A program made the position numbers and the translations under genes. From Eubacterium sp. (GTDB lineage Bacteria; Bacillota; Clostridia; Lachnospirales; Lachnospiraceae): a stretch of DNA of 61,833 nt. The DNA lies in assembly GCA_017540125.1 (NCBI GenBank), contig JAFYBS010000009.1:1-61833 (forward strand), given 5' to 3'. The notes under the pieces were generated by a model. It worked only from the letters and a program-made list of their open reading frames with translations, was not told where the DNA came from and made no database searches. Below, piece after piece: positions 18,739 to 27,750 of this stretch (within the stretch, counting starts at the first letter, position 1; every line of letters starts with the position of its first letter).

Positions 18739-19659
18739 CTATTGATTATGCCGAATCGGTGCCGTATTCTCATCGACCGGCAGAATTTCGTAATTATTAT
18801 CCTTCAAAGCCTGAATCACAGACGGAAGGGTTTTCACCGTCATAGGCTGTGTCTGTGTATCATAGAACAACACAACCGAGGTGTCGTATTTATTCACGTC
18901 GGTCATCAGTTCCCGGACCATCTGTTTTTTCCCGACTCCCGGATCACGGATGTCCGGACTCAGAACGTTCCAATCAAGATAGATAATCCCCATCTCATCC
19001 AGGATCGCGATCAGCTTTTCGATGGGAACGTTTGTCTCCTGGACACTGCTCCCTCCGGGAAAACGATAAAACTTCGAGTGCTCACCCGTAACCTCATACA
19101 GGTACTCATAGATCCTGTCCAGATCCTGCTTAAACGCACTCTCCGATGCATAGACCTCATCGTACACGTGGGAATAAGAATGCATTCCCAGCGTATGACC
19201 ATCCTCAACAATTCTTTTATACATTTCCTTGGAAAAATCATCCGTCTTTCCGGTCACAAAAAATGTGGCTTTGACATCATTTTTATCCAGGATATCCAGA
19301 ATCTTTTTCGTGTTTGTCCCGGGACCGTCATCAAAGGTCAGATATACCTTCTTTCGGGATCCGTCCGAATCCGGACGGGTCGCTTCCGGAGTCGTTTCCG
19401 GTGACGCGGTCGGTGTTTCCTGTACAGGCACCGGCTCTTTCCCTGTCACGGCAGATCCGCTGACGATTGTCAGTTCCATATCTCCGCGCAGGTCCTTCAC
19501 CTGACGTTCCAGCGAATTCACACGGAAGATCAGATAGACTGACAGACATGTCGGTAACATGAGCAGAAAAAGGCACAGAAAAATGATAATGCGCTTGATC
19601 CGTTTGATCCGACGCCTTCTGTAATCCGCGCTGACCTTTCCTACGGTATCCCCCGTCAT
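18739..19659 (-). CDS. Membrane-anchored CE4/NodB polysaccharide (peptidoglycan) deacetylase homolog
   Basis: N-terminal TM and coiled coil; TFDDGP, HSYSH, RFPGG, DWN motifs; motif 5 reads LFYD. Confidence 0.9.
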   Translation of the reverse strand: MTGDTVGKVSADYRRRRIKRIKRIIIFLCLFLLMLPTCLSVYLIFRVNSLERQVKDLRGDMELTIVSGSAVTGKEPVPVQETPTASPETTPEATRPDSDGSRKKVYLTFDDGPGTNTKKILDILDKNDVKATFFVTGKTDDFSKEMYKRIVEDGHTLGMHSYSHVYDEVYASESAFKQDLDRIYEYLYEVTGEHSKFYRFPGGSSVQETNVPIEKLIAILDEMGIIYLDWNVLSPDIRDPGVGKKQMVRELMTDVNKYDTSVVLFYDTQTQPMTVKTLPSVIQALKDNNYEILPVDENTAPIRHNQ

Positions 19660-19743
19660 CGGTCCTCCTCCTTCACCCCTCGGAACTCTCCTCCATCCCG
19701 TAGTTTCGACGGAAGATCGTCTATACGATGGACAGACAAAAGT

Positions 19744-19772
19744 ATTATAGCATACTCTACTTAACTATGCAA
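19744..19772 (-). promoter_or_regulatory. Sigma-A promoter for deacetylase-bactofilin-pyrH
   Basis: TTGCAT-17bp-TATAAT with extended -10 TG. Confidence 0.8.
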
Positions 19773-19804
19773 ACAAAATCTTTATAAAATCATACGACAA
19801 AAAT

Positions 19805-19829
19805 CGAGTAGGGGCTGACCCCCTACTCG
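19805..19829. terminator. Intrinsic terminator after tsf
   Basis: CGAGTAGGGG-CTGAC-CCCCTACTCG with T-rich tails in both orientations. Confidence 0.8.
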
Positions 19830-19854
19830 TTTGTTTCAGCAAGGTAATACTGTT

Positions 19855-20787
19855 TTATCCGATCTGTGCCGCAACCTCAGCCGCAAAATCCTCATTCTTC
19901 TTCTCAAGCCCCTCTCCGGTCTCAAAACGAACGAAGCCGGTCAGCTTGATCTCGGCGCCGACATTTTTGGAAACGGCTGCCACATACTGGCTGACATTCT
20001 CTTTGTTCTCAGCTTTCACATAAGTCTGCTCGGTCAGGCAAACCTCTTTGAGCTCTTTGTTCAGACGGCCGGTCACCATTTTCTCGATGATCTCGTCCGG
20101 CTTGGAAGCATTCTTCGGATCGTTCTTTGCCTGAGCCTTCAGTGTCTCAAGCTCTTTTGCCTTATACTCGTCCGAAATCTCGTTGGTATCTAAAAACTGC
20201 GGATTCATAGCCGCTACCTGCATCGCAACATTTTTCAGACACTCGGTAACCTCGTCCCCGGATGCTGTCGTTGCAGCCTTCACCAGAACACCGATCTTAC
20301 CGCCGGCATGGATATAGGATACGATCAGTCCATCCGGCTCAGCCACCTTCTCAAACCGGCGGATATTCATGTTCTCACCGATAGTAGCGATCATTCCCTT
20401 CAGATTCTCCTCAACCGTTACGGAGCTGTCTTCAATCCAGGGCTCTGCCATAAATGCGTTCAGATCCGATGCTCCGGAGCCCAACGCCTGTTTTGCTACG
20501 GAAGCAACATACGTCTGGAACTTCTCGTTTTTGGCAACGAAATCCGTCTCGGAGTTCACCTCTACGATGGACGCCGACTTCGCATCATCGCTGACACATA
20601 CACATACGATACCCTCTGCGGCGATACGTCCGGCTTTCTTCTCTGCCTTTGCCAGACCGTTCTCCTTCAGCCAGTCAACGGCCTTGTCCATATCTCCGTC
20701 TGTATTCGTCAGGGCCTTCTTGCAATCGCTCATTCCGGCGCCTGTCATCTCTCTTAACTCTTTTACCATAGCTGCTGTAATAGCCAT
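19855..20787 (-). CDS. tsf: Elongation factor Ts
   Basis: VKELREMTGAGMSDCKKAL, EVNSETDFVAKN; start moved to 20787. Confidence 0.99.
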   Translation of the reverse strand: MAITAAMVKELREMTGAGMSDCKKALTNTDGDMDKAVDWLKENGLAKAEKKAGRIAAEGIVCVCVSDDAKSASIVEVNSETDFVAKNEKFQTYVASVAKQALGSGASDLNAFMAEPWIEDSSVTVEENLKGMIATIGENMNIRRFEKVAEPDGLIVSYIHAGGKIGVLVKAATTASGDEVTECLKNVAMQVAAMNPQFLDTNEISDEYKAKELETLKAQAKNDPKNASKPDEIIEKMVTGRLNKELKEVCLTEQTYVKAENKENVSQYVAAVSKNVGAEIKLTGFVRFETGEGLEKKNEDFAAEVAAQIG

Positions 20788-20817
20788 CTTTTTTTCCTCC
20801 ATTCCGATTACTTCCGA

Positions 20818-21567
20818 TTACTCTTCTTCTGCCTCTGCGTTCTCATCCTCAGCTACTGTCTCATTGACGGCATCCGACATGGATTCTCCCTGGTTTGCCT
20901 CGATGACAGCATCTGCCATGGTGGAAACGATCAGTTTGACAGCACGGATTGCATCGTCGTTACCCGGAATTACATAATCCAGCTCTTCCGGATCACAGTT
21001 GGTATCTACGATTCCAACCAACGGAATATGAAGAATATGTGCCTCCTCGATACAGATGTGCTCTTTCTTCGGATCCACTACAAAAATGACCGAAGGAAGC
21101 TCTTTCATCTCTTTGATACCGCCCAGGTTTCTCTCGAGCTTTTCCCACTCTTTGCGAAGACGGATCACTTCCTTCTTCGGAAGCACATCAAACGTTCCGT
21201 CCTCGGACATTCTCTCGATGTCCTTCAGACGACGGATTCTCGTCTTGATCGTCTTAAAGTTCGTCAGCATACCACCCAGCCAACGCTCGTTGACATAGAA
21301 CATACCGCAACGCTCTGCTTCCTGTGCGATCGTATCCTGTGCCTGCTTTTTGGTCCCGACAAAAAGAACCTTGCCGCCTGCGGCAACCACGTCCTTGATA
21401 ACATTGTAGGCATCATCTACTTTTCCTACGGATTTCTGGAGATCGATAATATGGATTCCGTTTCTCTCCGTGTAGATGTACTCTGCCATTTTCGGGTTCC
21501 ATCTTCTGGTCTGGTGACCGAAATGCACTCCGGCCTCCAACAGCTGTTTCATTGAAATTACGCCCAT
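20818..21567 (-). CDS. rpsB: 30S ribosomal protein S2
   Basis: [22 protein letters not shown]; AGGAGG before ATG 21567. Confidence 0.99.
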   Translation of the reverse strand: MGVISMKQLLEAGVHFGHQTRRWNPKMAEYIYTERNGIHIIDLQKSVGKVDDAYNVIKDVVAAGGKVLFVGTKKQAQDTIAQEAERCGMFYVNERWLGGMLTNFKTIKTRIRRLKDIERMSEDGTFDVLPKKEVIRLRKEWEKLERNLGGIKEMKELPSVIFVVDPKKEHICIEEAHILHIPLVGIVDTNCDPEELDYVIPGNDDAIRAVKLIVSTMADAVIEANQGESMSDAVNETVAEDENAEAEEE

Positions 21568-21624
21568 TTTGGGTTCCTCCTTTGGTTTTTTCGGGATAGT
21601 ACGACAGAAAAATGTCGGCATCCC

Positions 21625-21700
21625 TGACTTCCACCGGCTTCGTCTTTCGTCCGAACCGCCATTTCCTGCGGCACCCCTTCCGAAATCCACCGGTGTGTTT
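21625..21700 (-). ncRNA. rpsB (S2) autoregulatory leader RNA
   Basis: ACACACCGG..GGGGTGC..GCCGGTGGAAG in the 5' UTR; CACCGG/CCGGTG closing stem; resembles S2/t44 leaders from memory. Confidence 0.65.
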
Positions 21701-21714
21701 ACACAACAATCGCC

Positions 21715-21743
21715 ATTTTACCATATGATATGGATAAATGCAA
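21715..21743 (-). promoter_or_regulatory. Sigma-A promoter of rpsB-tsf
   Basis: TTGCAT-17bp-TAAAAT with extended -10 TG. Confidence 0.8.
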
Positions 21744-21755
21744 GTAGAAATTTAA

Positions 21756-21782
21756 AGAAACACTGACAAATTCAGTGTTTCT
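21756..21782 (-). terminator. Terminator at the end of the fla/che cluster
   Basis: AGAAACACTGA-5nt-TCAGTGTTTCT with T-rich tail. Confidence 0.65.
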
Positions 21783-21807
21783 CTAAAAATTCATGATCCA
21801 TTCATGA

Positions 21808-22488
21808 TCAACCTCCGTGAGTGATGATCCTTGCCAGATTGGCATAGGAATCACCTACGGTCAGATCATAGGTCCCGGAGATGATGCTCGAACCGAGCCC
21901 GTGGTTCTCCAGATAGTGGTCAAAATCCCACAGATCATCGATAATTCCCGCTTCGTACATCTCTCTGGCTACCGAGCTGGAGAGAAGTCCGCTTCGCACC
22001 CGGAAATGCACCACGGTTCCGTCCGGAAGCTCCTTGTGTGACGGAGTAGGTGTCGCGTCCGGATCCTCCGACTCCTTCGGTTTGGGTGTCTTTTTCGGTT
22101 TCGCTGATTTCTTCGGCTTCGGTGTTTTCGTCGGTGCCGGTTTTTCCGATGCCTCGGGCGTTGCTGTCGGTTCCGGTGTTGCTGATTCGTCCGGCTTTTC
22201 CGTCGATTCTTCCGAATCTTCCTCTTCGGAACCATCCTCGTCGCCTCCCACTCCGGCTCCCTTTTTGCCGCCGGAATCCGTAGGTTCGGGTGTAGATGTG
22301 GCTTTTGACTTCTTATCATCGGACTTACTGTCCGGACCGGAGCTTTCCTTCGGGAACACCATTCCCAGCTCCCTGGCCTTCTCAACCAGACTCTCTCCGG
22401 CCAATGAATCGTCATTCCGTATGGTGATTCCCATCACTATGGCAGCAATCACCAGCCCGAGTCCGAGTCCCTGCAAAAATCGTTTCAA
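21808..22488 (-). CDS. Membrane-anchored protein with P/T/K-rich linker and C-terminal YceG/MltG-N-like domain
   Basis: N-terminal TM, KARELGM, C-terminal VRSG..SSVARE.YEAGII..GTY pattern; TTG start. Confidence 0.6.
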   Translation of the reverse strand: MKRFLQGLGLGLVIAAIVMGITIRNDDSLAGESLVEKARELGMVFPKESSGPDSKSDDKKSKATSTPEPTDSGGKKGAGVGGDEDGSEEEDSEESTEKPDESATPEPTATPEASEKPAPTKTPKPKKSAKPKKTPKPKESEDPDATPTPSHKELPDGTVVHFRVRSGLLSSSVAREMYEAGIIDDLWDFDHYLENHGLGSSIISGTYDLTVGDSYANLARIITHGG

Positions 22489-22490
22489 AA

Positions 22491-23516
22491 CTAACGCCTC
22501 CTGTTAAACATAGCAATCGTCAACTTCACTTCGCCCTGCCCGATATTCAATTGCTTGGAAATCTCCACTACGGATTTTCCCTGTTTATGCAGCGTCCGAA
22601 TTTGGTCTTCCACCGCTTCTCCCCGTCCGCTGGTTGCCGTCTCCTCCATATGCTGCATCACGAATTCACGGGTCGGTCGTTTCAACTGCTGAATTCCGGT
22701 CGGTGCGGCCGGGACCGATGTCCGGGTGGCAGATTTCTTTCCAACAGACGCTACCGGAACTGTTTTCTCCTTCGCCGGAGCTGTCTTGACCGCAGTAGCC
22801 GGCGTCACGGAGGATTTCGGTATATCTGCATTCCCTGCCGAAGCACCCGGCTCCGGTTCGATCGATTGAGACGCTGTCATCACGACCCTCTTCGGACCGA
22901 TCTCATTTCCATGCGCGGCACCGACAACCTCGATGCCCCCTGCCAATTTAGCCGATTCCGAACCATCCTCTCCGGAATCCTTCCGGGGCAGTTCACGATA
23001 GGGCTTTTTGGCCCGATCCAGACCGGAGAGAGTTTTTTCGTTTTTCTCCGTCGCCTCCAGGATCGTCTCAGCGTATGTTTCCCCTGCCGGCTTCTCCTCC
23101 GGAGTCGCGGAAACCGGTTCGATCACAGGTACCGATTTTTCTACGGTATCCCGCATGATCGCCTCTTGGATTTCCTTCTGTTTCTCACCCAGCATATTAT
23201 ACATGAAAACCACTTCCTCATGATTGACATGGATCTTGTCCAGAAGCGGCTTTGAGAACTCATCGATTGCCATTATTTTTTCATTGCAAATACGGTTCAT
23301 CTGATCTTCCGTTGTTTCGACAAGCTGTATTCCCCGTTCTTCGAGAATCTCATCGATATGTTTGATGATGACCTCTTCGTCTTTTTCCGTCCAGATATCC
23401 GCTCCCTTGGGAAGCTCGGTTACGTCCTCCGCTGAGGATTTCTTTTTTGCAATAAAAAAACTGGCGCAGATACATATGATCCCGACGATGATCAGGATAA
23501 TCTCTACTGCAGACAT
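22491..23516 (-). CDS. DUF6115-type protein (N-terminal TM, C-terminal HTH); occupies the SwrB/YlxL position
   Basis: N-terminal TM; C-terminal GKSVVEISKQLNIGQGEVKL; location downstream of sigD. Confidence 0.65.
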   Translation of the reverse strand: MSAVEIILIIVGIICICASFFIAKKKSSAEDVTELPKGADIWTEKDEEVIIKHIDEILEERGIQLVETTEDQMNRICNEKIMAIDEFSKPLLDKIHVNHEEVVFMYNMLGEKQKEIQEAIMRDTVEKSVPVIEPVSATPEEKPAGETYAETILEATEKNEKTLSGLDRAKKPYRELPRKDSGEDGSESAKLAGGIEVVGAAHGNEIGPKRVVMTASQSIEPEPGASAGNADIPKSSVTPATAVKTAPAKEKTVPVASVGKKSATRTSVPAAPTGIQQLKRPTREFVMQHMEETATSGRGEAVEDQIRTLHKQGKSVVEISKQLNIGQGEVKLTIAMFNRRR

Positions 23517-23528
23517 AAGTTTCTCCTT

Positions 23529-23840
23529 TTAAACCATTATGTCAAAGCTCGAATCCGATTTCGGTGCCATCGGTGCTTCGTCTTTTTTTTCTTTCTTTTT
23601 CTGACGACGGTTTCCCCCTCCACCGGCTCCGCGGTTTCCGCCGTCATCCATATCATACTCTTCCGTCTCGCTTCGCTGGGTTTCCACCGTCTGCGTCGCT
23701 TTCTGCTCAACATTAGCCTGAACCTGGGCCGCCATCTGATCCTGCGCATGCTGATGCTGTTGGATCTCCCGTCCCTGATAATCACCGGCTTCCACCGAAC
23801 GCGGTGCCATCGTGATGATATCCATAGTATTCCAAGGCAT
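23529..23840 (-). CDS. Small hypothetical protein of the fla cluster
   Basis: GGAGG RBS, co-oriented with neighbours, Q-rich, ends FDIMV. Confidence 0.7.
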   Translation of the reverse strand: MPWNTMDIITMAPRSVEAGDYQGREIQQHQHAQDQMAAQVQANVEQKATQTVETQRSETEEYDMDDGGNRGAGGGGNRRQKKKEKKDEAPMAPKSDSSFDIMV

Positions 23841-23866
23841 AGTGTACCCTCCACGTATCCGTCCTG

Positions 23867-25465
23867 TTACAGATCGGTCATCCGGACATCTGCTCCGTCA
23901 CGAACAAAACGACAATGTGAAATCGAATCATGTATGATACGGGTCGCATCCTTCACAGAAATCTCTGTCCCCGGAAATACCGCATCGTAAATCTTCACAC
24001 AGGAGCGTTTGTTATTATCGATCCGTTCGATGATACACTCCCGCTCATAACGGTTCTCTTTGAGTTCCTTCATCAGGATAGGTTTATTCTTGGTAGCCCG
24101 ACGAACAAAATTCATCTGTTCCTCCGTGATATCCTCCCCACGGGCCACCTGTGCTTTGATCCCTCCGGAAACGTTATCAATCTTTTTCAGTTCTTCTTCG
24201 ATTTCCAGATTTCTCTCCCGCAATTCATTAACGCGGATGATCAGTTCCTTGTCACCGATTACCGTGATTTTTGTATTACCGCCCATCTCAGAACCGATCG
24301 TGGTTGCGGAGATGGTTCCGTAGGTGCTGATGGATCCGCCGTTGATCAGTCCCTTTTTCCCGCGGACCTCTATCTCCTCGCGACAGCTTACCTCGCAATT
24401 CAAAACGGCATCCGCCTTTAGGGATCCCTTGCAGGAGATCTTGGCACTCTCGATAAACTTCGCCGTGATGTTTCCTTCGGCTGTCAGCGTTCCTCTCTCT
24501 CCGCCCTGCATTCCTCTTTTCAGGACGATATTTCCGCCGGATACCAGCTCTGCTCCTTCGACAACACCGTTCACCACGATGTCGCCGTCCGCAACGATCT
24601 TATATCCGGTGTTGACATTACCCGTGACCTGCACGGTTCCCTTGTATTCGATATCTCCGGTGGAGGCATCTACATTGGCCGGAACCACATAGATGTCCGA
24701 AACCATGACCATATCCTCAACCAGAGAGACATGTCCGGCCACTTCGGAATAGATCTTGCATTTATCCTCTGAAATCCGGATGTTTCTTCCAAAACGAAGA
24801 TGCCGGTTTTTGACTTTTTTCGGCCGAAGTGTTTTTCCCGTTACCGTCACACCGGGTGTCCCGAAATCCGCCGGTTTTAACGTAGCCAGCTTCTGTCCGG
24901 CATCCACCGGTTTGATGTTTCCCAGTTGGTGAAAGTCGACACTTCCGTCCTCATTCATTTTCGGTTTCGCGGTCTGGTTGATGTCAAAATGATACGTCAC
25001 CTTGGCGTCGTACCCGTGTCTCGGCTTGGTTGCCACCGCCAACAGATAATCCCTGCAGTATTCATGATTTTCCAGAAAATGCTGAACCGCTTTTCTCCTG
25101 ACACCGTGCTTGACTCCCGCCAGCCGGAGATCCGAGATGATCCCGTCCTCGGTCAGCATATCGCCACCGGTAGTCGGCGGATAAAAACGTGCCAAAGCCT
25201 TCATCCCGTCCTTGTCAACCTTAACGATACATTTTTCACCTACGGGGATGATCGGTTCATCCGTCAGCATCATAGGTTCGTCAAAAATACCACGTTCGAT
25301 ATACGTGTTCAGTTTGATCCGATCATATTCAGGAAAAGAGATGATATCGAGGTAAGACATCACTTCGTCCACCCGAAACATCTCTCCGTCACCCTCGGCA
25401 GGATGTACCCAGAGATACATCTTGTCATCTGTATTGATCACTTCAAAATAAGCGTTTTTCCCCAT
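23867..25465 (-). CDS. fapA: FapA/DUF342 flagellar assembly protein
   Basis: DGSVDFHQLG, NVDASTGDIEYKG beta-helix and coiled coil; start at 25465 after GAGGA. Confidence 0.88.
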   Translation of the reverse strand: MGKNAYFEVINTDDKMYLWVHPAEGDGEMFRVDEVMSYLDIISFPEYDRIKLNTYIERGIFDEPMMLTDEPIIPVGEKCIVKVDKDGMKALARFYPPTTGGDMLTEDGIISDLRLAGVKHGVRRKAVQHFLENHEYCRDYLLAVATKPRHGYDAKVTYHFDINQTAKPKMNEDGSVDFHQLGNIKPVDAGQKLATLKPADFGTPGVTVTGKTLRPKKVKNRHLRFGRNIRISEDKCKIYSEVAGHVSLVEDMVMVSDIYVVPANVDASTGDIEYKGTVQVTGNVNTGYKIVADGDIVVNGVVEGAELVSGGNIVLKRGMQGGERGTLTAEGNITAKFIESAKISCKGSLKADAVLNCEVSCREEIEVRGKKGLINGGSISTYGTISATTIGSEMGGNTKITVIGDKELIIRVNELRERNLEIEEELKKIDNVSGGIKAQVARGEDITEEQMNFVRRATKNKPILMKELKENRYERECIIERIDNNKRSCVKIYDAVFPGTEISVKDATRIIHDSISHCRFVRDGADVRMTDL

Positions 25466-25498
25466 ATCATTCCTCATTTCGGAGGGATGCTCCGATGC

Positions 25499-26263
25499 TT
25501 AAAAAAGATTCAACAGATCAACCGAATCTCCCAACCTGTCCTTTATTTTTTTCAAAGCTTTGGTATGAAGCTGAGACACCCTGGATTCCGATACCTCCAG
25601 AACCTCACTGATTTCCTTCAAGGTGAGATCCTCATAATAATAACAGGTGATTACGCTCTGTTCCTTCTCCGTCAGGGTCTGAAGTGCTTCGGTAAGCATG
25701 GTTTTGAGTTCTTCCTGCTCCACCGCTTTCTCGGGGCCCACAAACCGTGATCCCAGCGAATCAATCCTACCCTCATTGCCCTGCTCGAGATAATCATCCA
25801 ATGAGATAAGGTTTGACAGTTCGGCTTCCGAACGCCAGCCCTCATATTCATCCAGCGTCAACCCCAATTCCTGAGCGATTTCCGCGTCGGTAGCCGGACG
25901 TCCCAAATCGGTTTCCAGCTTGGTGACGGCAGTGTCCATCTTTTTCTGTTTCTGACGAAGCGTGCGCGGAACCCAATCCATCTTCCGGATCTGATCCAGG
26001 ATCGATCCGCGAATCCGAAGACTGGCATAGGTCTCAAACTTAACGTTCTTTGCCATGTCGTATTTATCGATGGCATCGATTAGACCGAAAATACCATATC
26101 CCACGAGATCATCGTATTCAACAGTATATCCCAGGTACATCCCCATACGCCCGGCAACCAGATTGACAACGTTGATATATTCCATGATCAACTGGTCACG
26201 AAGCTCCGGTTCCTTGGTTCTCATATACCTGTCCCAGATCTTCTGTCTTTCCGCTTCCTTCAT
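25499..26263 (-). CDS. fliA: Flagellar sigma factor (sigma-28 / SigD)
   Basis: KFETYASLRIRGSILDQIRKMDWVPR, LTLKEISEVLEVSESRVSQLH. Confidence 0.96.
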   Translation of the reverse strand: MKEAERQKIWDRYMRTKEPELRDQLIMEYINVVNLVAGRMGMYLGYTVEYDDLVGYGIFGLIDAIDKYDMAKNVKFETYASLRIRGSILDQIRKMDWVPRTLRQKQKKMDTAVTKLETDLGRPATDAEIAQELGLTLDEYEGWRSEAELSNLISLDDYLEQGNEGRIDSLGSRFVGPEKAVEQEELKTMLTEALQTLTEKEQSVITCYYYEDLTLKEISEVLEVSESRVSQLHTKALKKIKDRLGDSVDLLNLF

Positions 26264-26312
26264 AGATTAACTACTCCTTCAGACCGATTCTTTACCCTGT
26301 CTCACCTACGCT

Positions 26313-26729
26313 TTATCCGCCGATATAATTGCCATCTTCATCAAAGGCGTCCTCGTCAAACTCATCACTGTAATCGTCTGCCGGCGCATGCGTCTTCTCA
26401 TATCGCTCTTCCGCGATCTTCCGCCTCTTTTCAGACTCCTCGCGGATTCTTTCTTCCCTCTCGAGTCTCTCGCGCTCTTCCTCTTCTTCCTTCCGTCTGG
26501 CTTCTTCCTCTTCCCGCTTTTTCTTCTCCAGTTCATCCATTGCTTTTCGCTCTGCCTGAACGTGGCCAACCACCTGACCGGCAATCTGTCCGATGATATA
26601 GAAAACGACCAGCACAATGACCAACGCCACTAAACTGGTCATCACCGGCCATTTCTGCACCAATGCCAAAATGCAGGTTATCAACCCGGCAAGGAGCATC
26701 ACAAAAGCCGGGATAAAACGATATTTCAT
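26313..26729 (-). CDS. Hypothetical 2-TM membrane protein with charged C-terminal tail
   Basis: GGAGG RBS before ATG 26729; two hydrophobic segments; between cheD and fliA. Confidence 0.75.
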   Translation of the reverse strand: MKYRFIPAFVMLLAGLITCILALVQKWPVMTSLVALVIVLVVFYIIGQIAGQVVGHVQAERKAMDELEKKKREEEEARRKEEEEERERLEREERIREESEKRRKIAEERYEKTHAPADDYSDEFDEDAFDEDGNYIGG

Positions 26730-26764
26730 AGATTCCTCCATCCAAATCACCGGCGGAGTTTCAC

Positions 26765-27256
26765 TCAGATGATCGACTCCCCTACTCCGACGGTTTTGAT
26801 ATGAAGTTCCGATTTACTTGGATCAAACGTGATGGTACGGCCATACCGGTCGCCGGTATCCTCCGCCCTGATCGGAATTCTCCATCCGGAAAGCATTTCT
26901 TTTGCTTTTTCCACATTCTGCGCTCCCACATTCAACATGGAATTGCTGGAGCGATGAGCAAACATTTTTGCTCCGCCTGCTATTTTGGCCTTGAGCTTCG
27001 ACGCGGGAACTTTGTTTTTGATCGTCAGTTCCTCATACATATCCTGCAGACACGTATCCATAAACTTGAAGCGATTTTTTTGCTGGGAAGGGATACGTGT
27101 ACTGTCGGGAAGCATCACATGTGCCATTCCGCATATACCGGAGCTCTCATCATACAGCACAACCCCCAGACAGGATCCCAGTCCAAGGGTTGATATCTTC
27201 TGAGGGGAACGGCAGATTTTATAATCTGCCATTCCAACCCGAATCGTTTCACTCAT
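26765..27256 (-). CDS. cheD: Chemoreceptor glutamine deamidase CheD
   Basis: TLGLGSC, GMAHVMLP, AKIAGGAKMF, EDTG..GRT. Confidence 0.97.
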   Translation of the reverse strand: MSETIRVGMADYKICRSPQKISTLGLGSCLGVVLYDESSGICGMAHVMLPDSTRIPSQQKNRFKFMDTCLQDMYEELTIKNKVPASKLKAKIAGGAKMFAHRSSNSMLNVGAQNVEKAKEMLSGWRIPIRAEDTGDRYGRTITFDPSKSELHIKTVGVGESII

Positions 27257-27265
27257 AATTCACGA

Positions 27266-27736
27266 TCACGCTTTCTTCTTTTCCTCAACCACTGCCTGGA
27301 TATCAAGTAACGAGATCAGACTCTCTTCCTTTTTACCGATACCGGCCAGATAAGCAGCCTTTTTCTCATCCAACTTGAAGTTGGGAACCTCAATCGTGCT
27401 CTCCTCGATATCTACTACCTCGCGAACCTCATCCACGATAAATCCGACACGGGACTGATCCTCCATACGGACGATGATGATCCTTGTCGCATGGGTATAA
27501 TCGATTTCCTCCAGATCAAAACGACGGCGAAGGCTCATGATCGGAACCACTTCACCACGAAGATTGATCACACCTACATAGTATTCCTGCGACTTGGCCA
27601 CGCGGGTAATCTGTTGCATACGAACGATATTGTCAACAAAGGCGATATCAATTCCATACAGCTCACCGCCGAGTTTTACAACGATAAACTGGATGATTTT
27701 TTCCGCCGGATTCAATACATCGATCTTATCTTCCAT
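27266..27736 (-). CDS. cheW: Chemotaxis coupling protein CheW
   Basis: GVINLRGEVVP, GFIVDEV. Confidence 0.97.
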   Translation of the reverse strand: MEDKIDVLNPAEKIIQFIVVKLGGELYGIDIAFVDNIVRMQQITRVAKSQEYYVGVINLRGEVVPIMSLRRRFDLEEIDYTHATRIIIVRMEDQSRVGFIVDEVREVVDIEESTIEVPNFKLDEKKAAYLAGIGKKEESLISLLDIQAVVEEKKKA

Positions 27737-27750
27737 TCTATAGCACCTCC

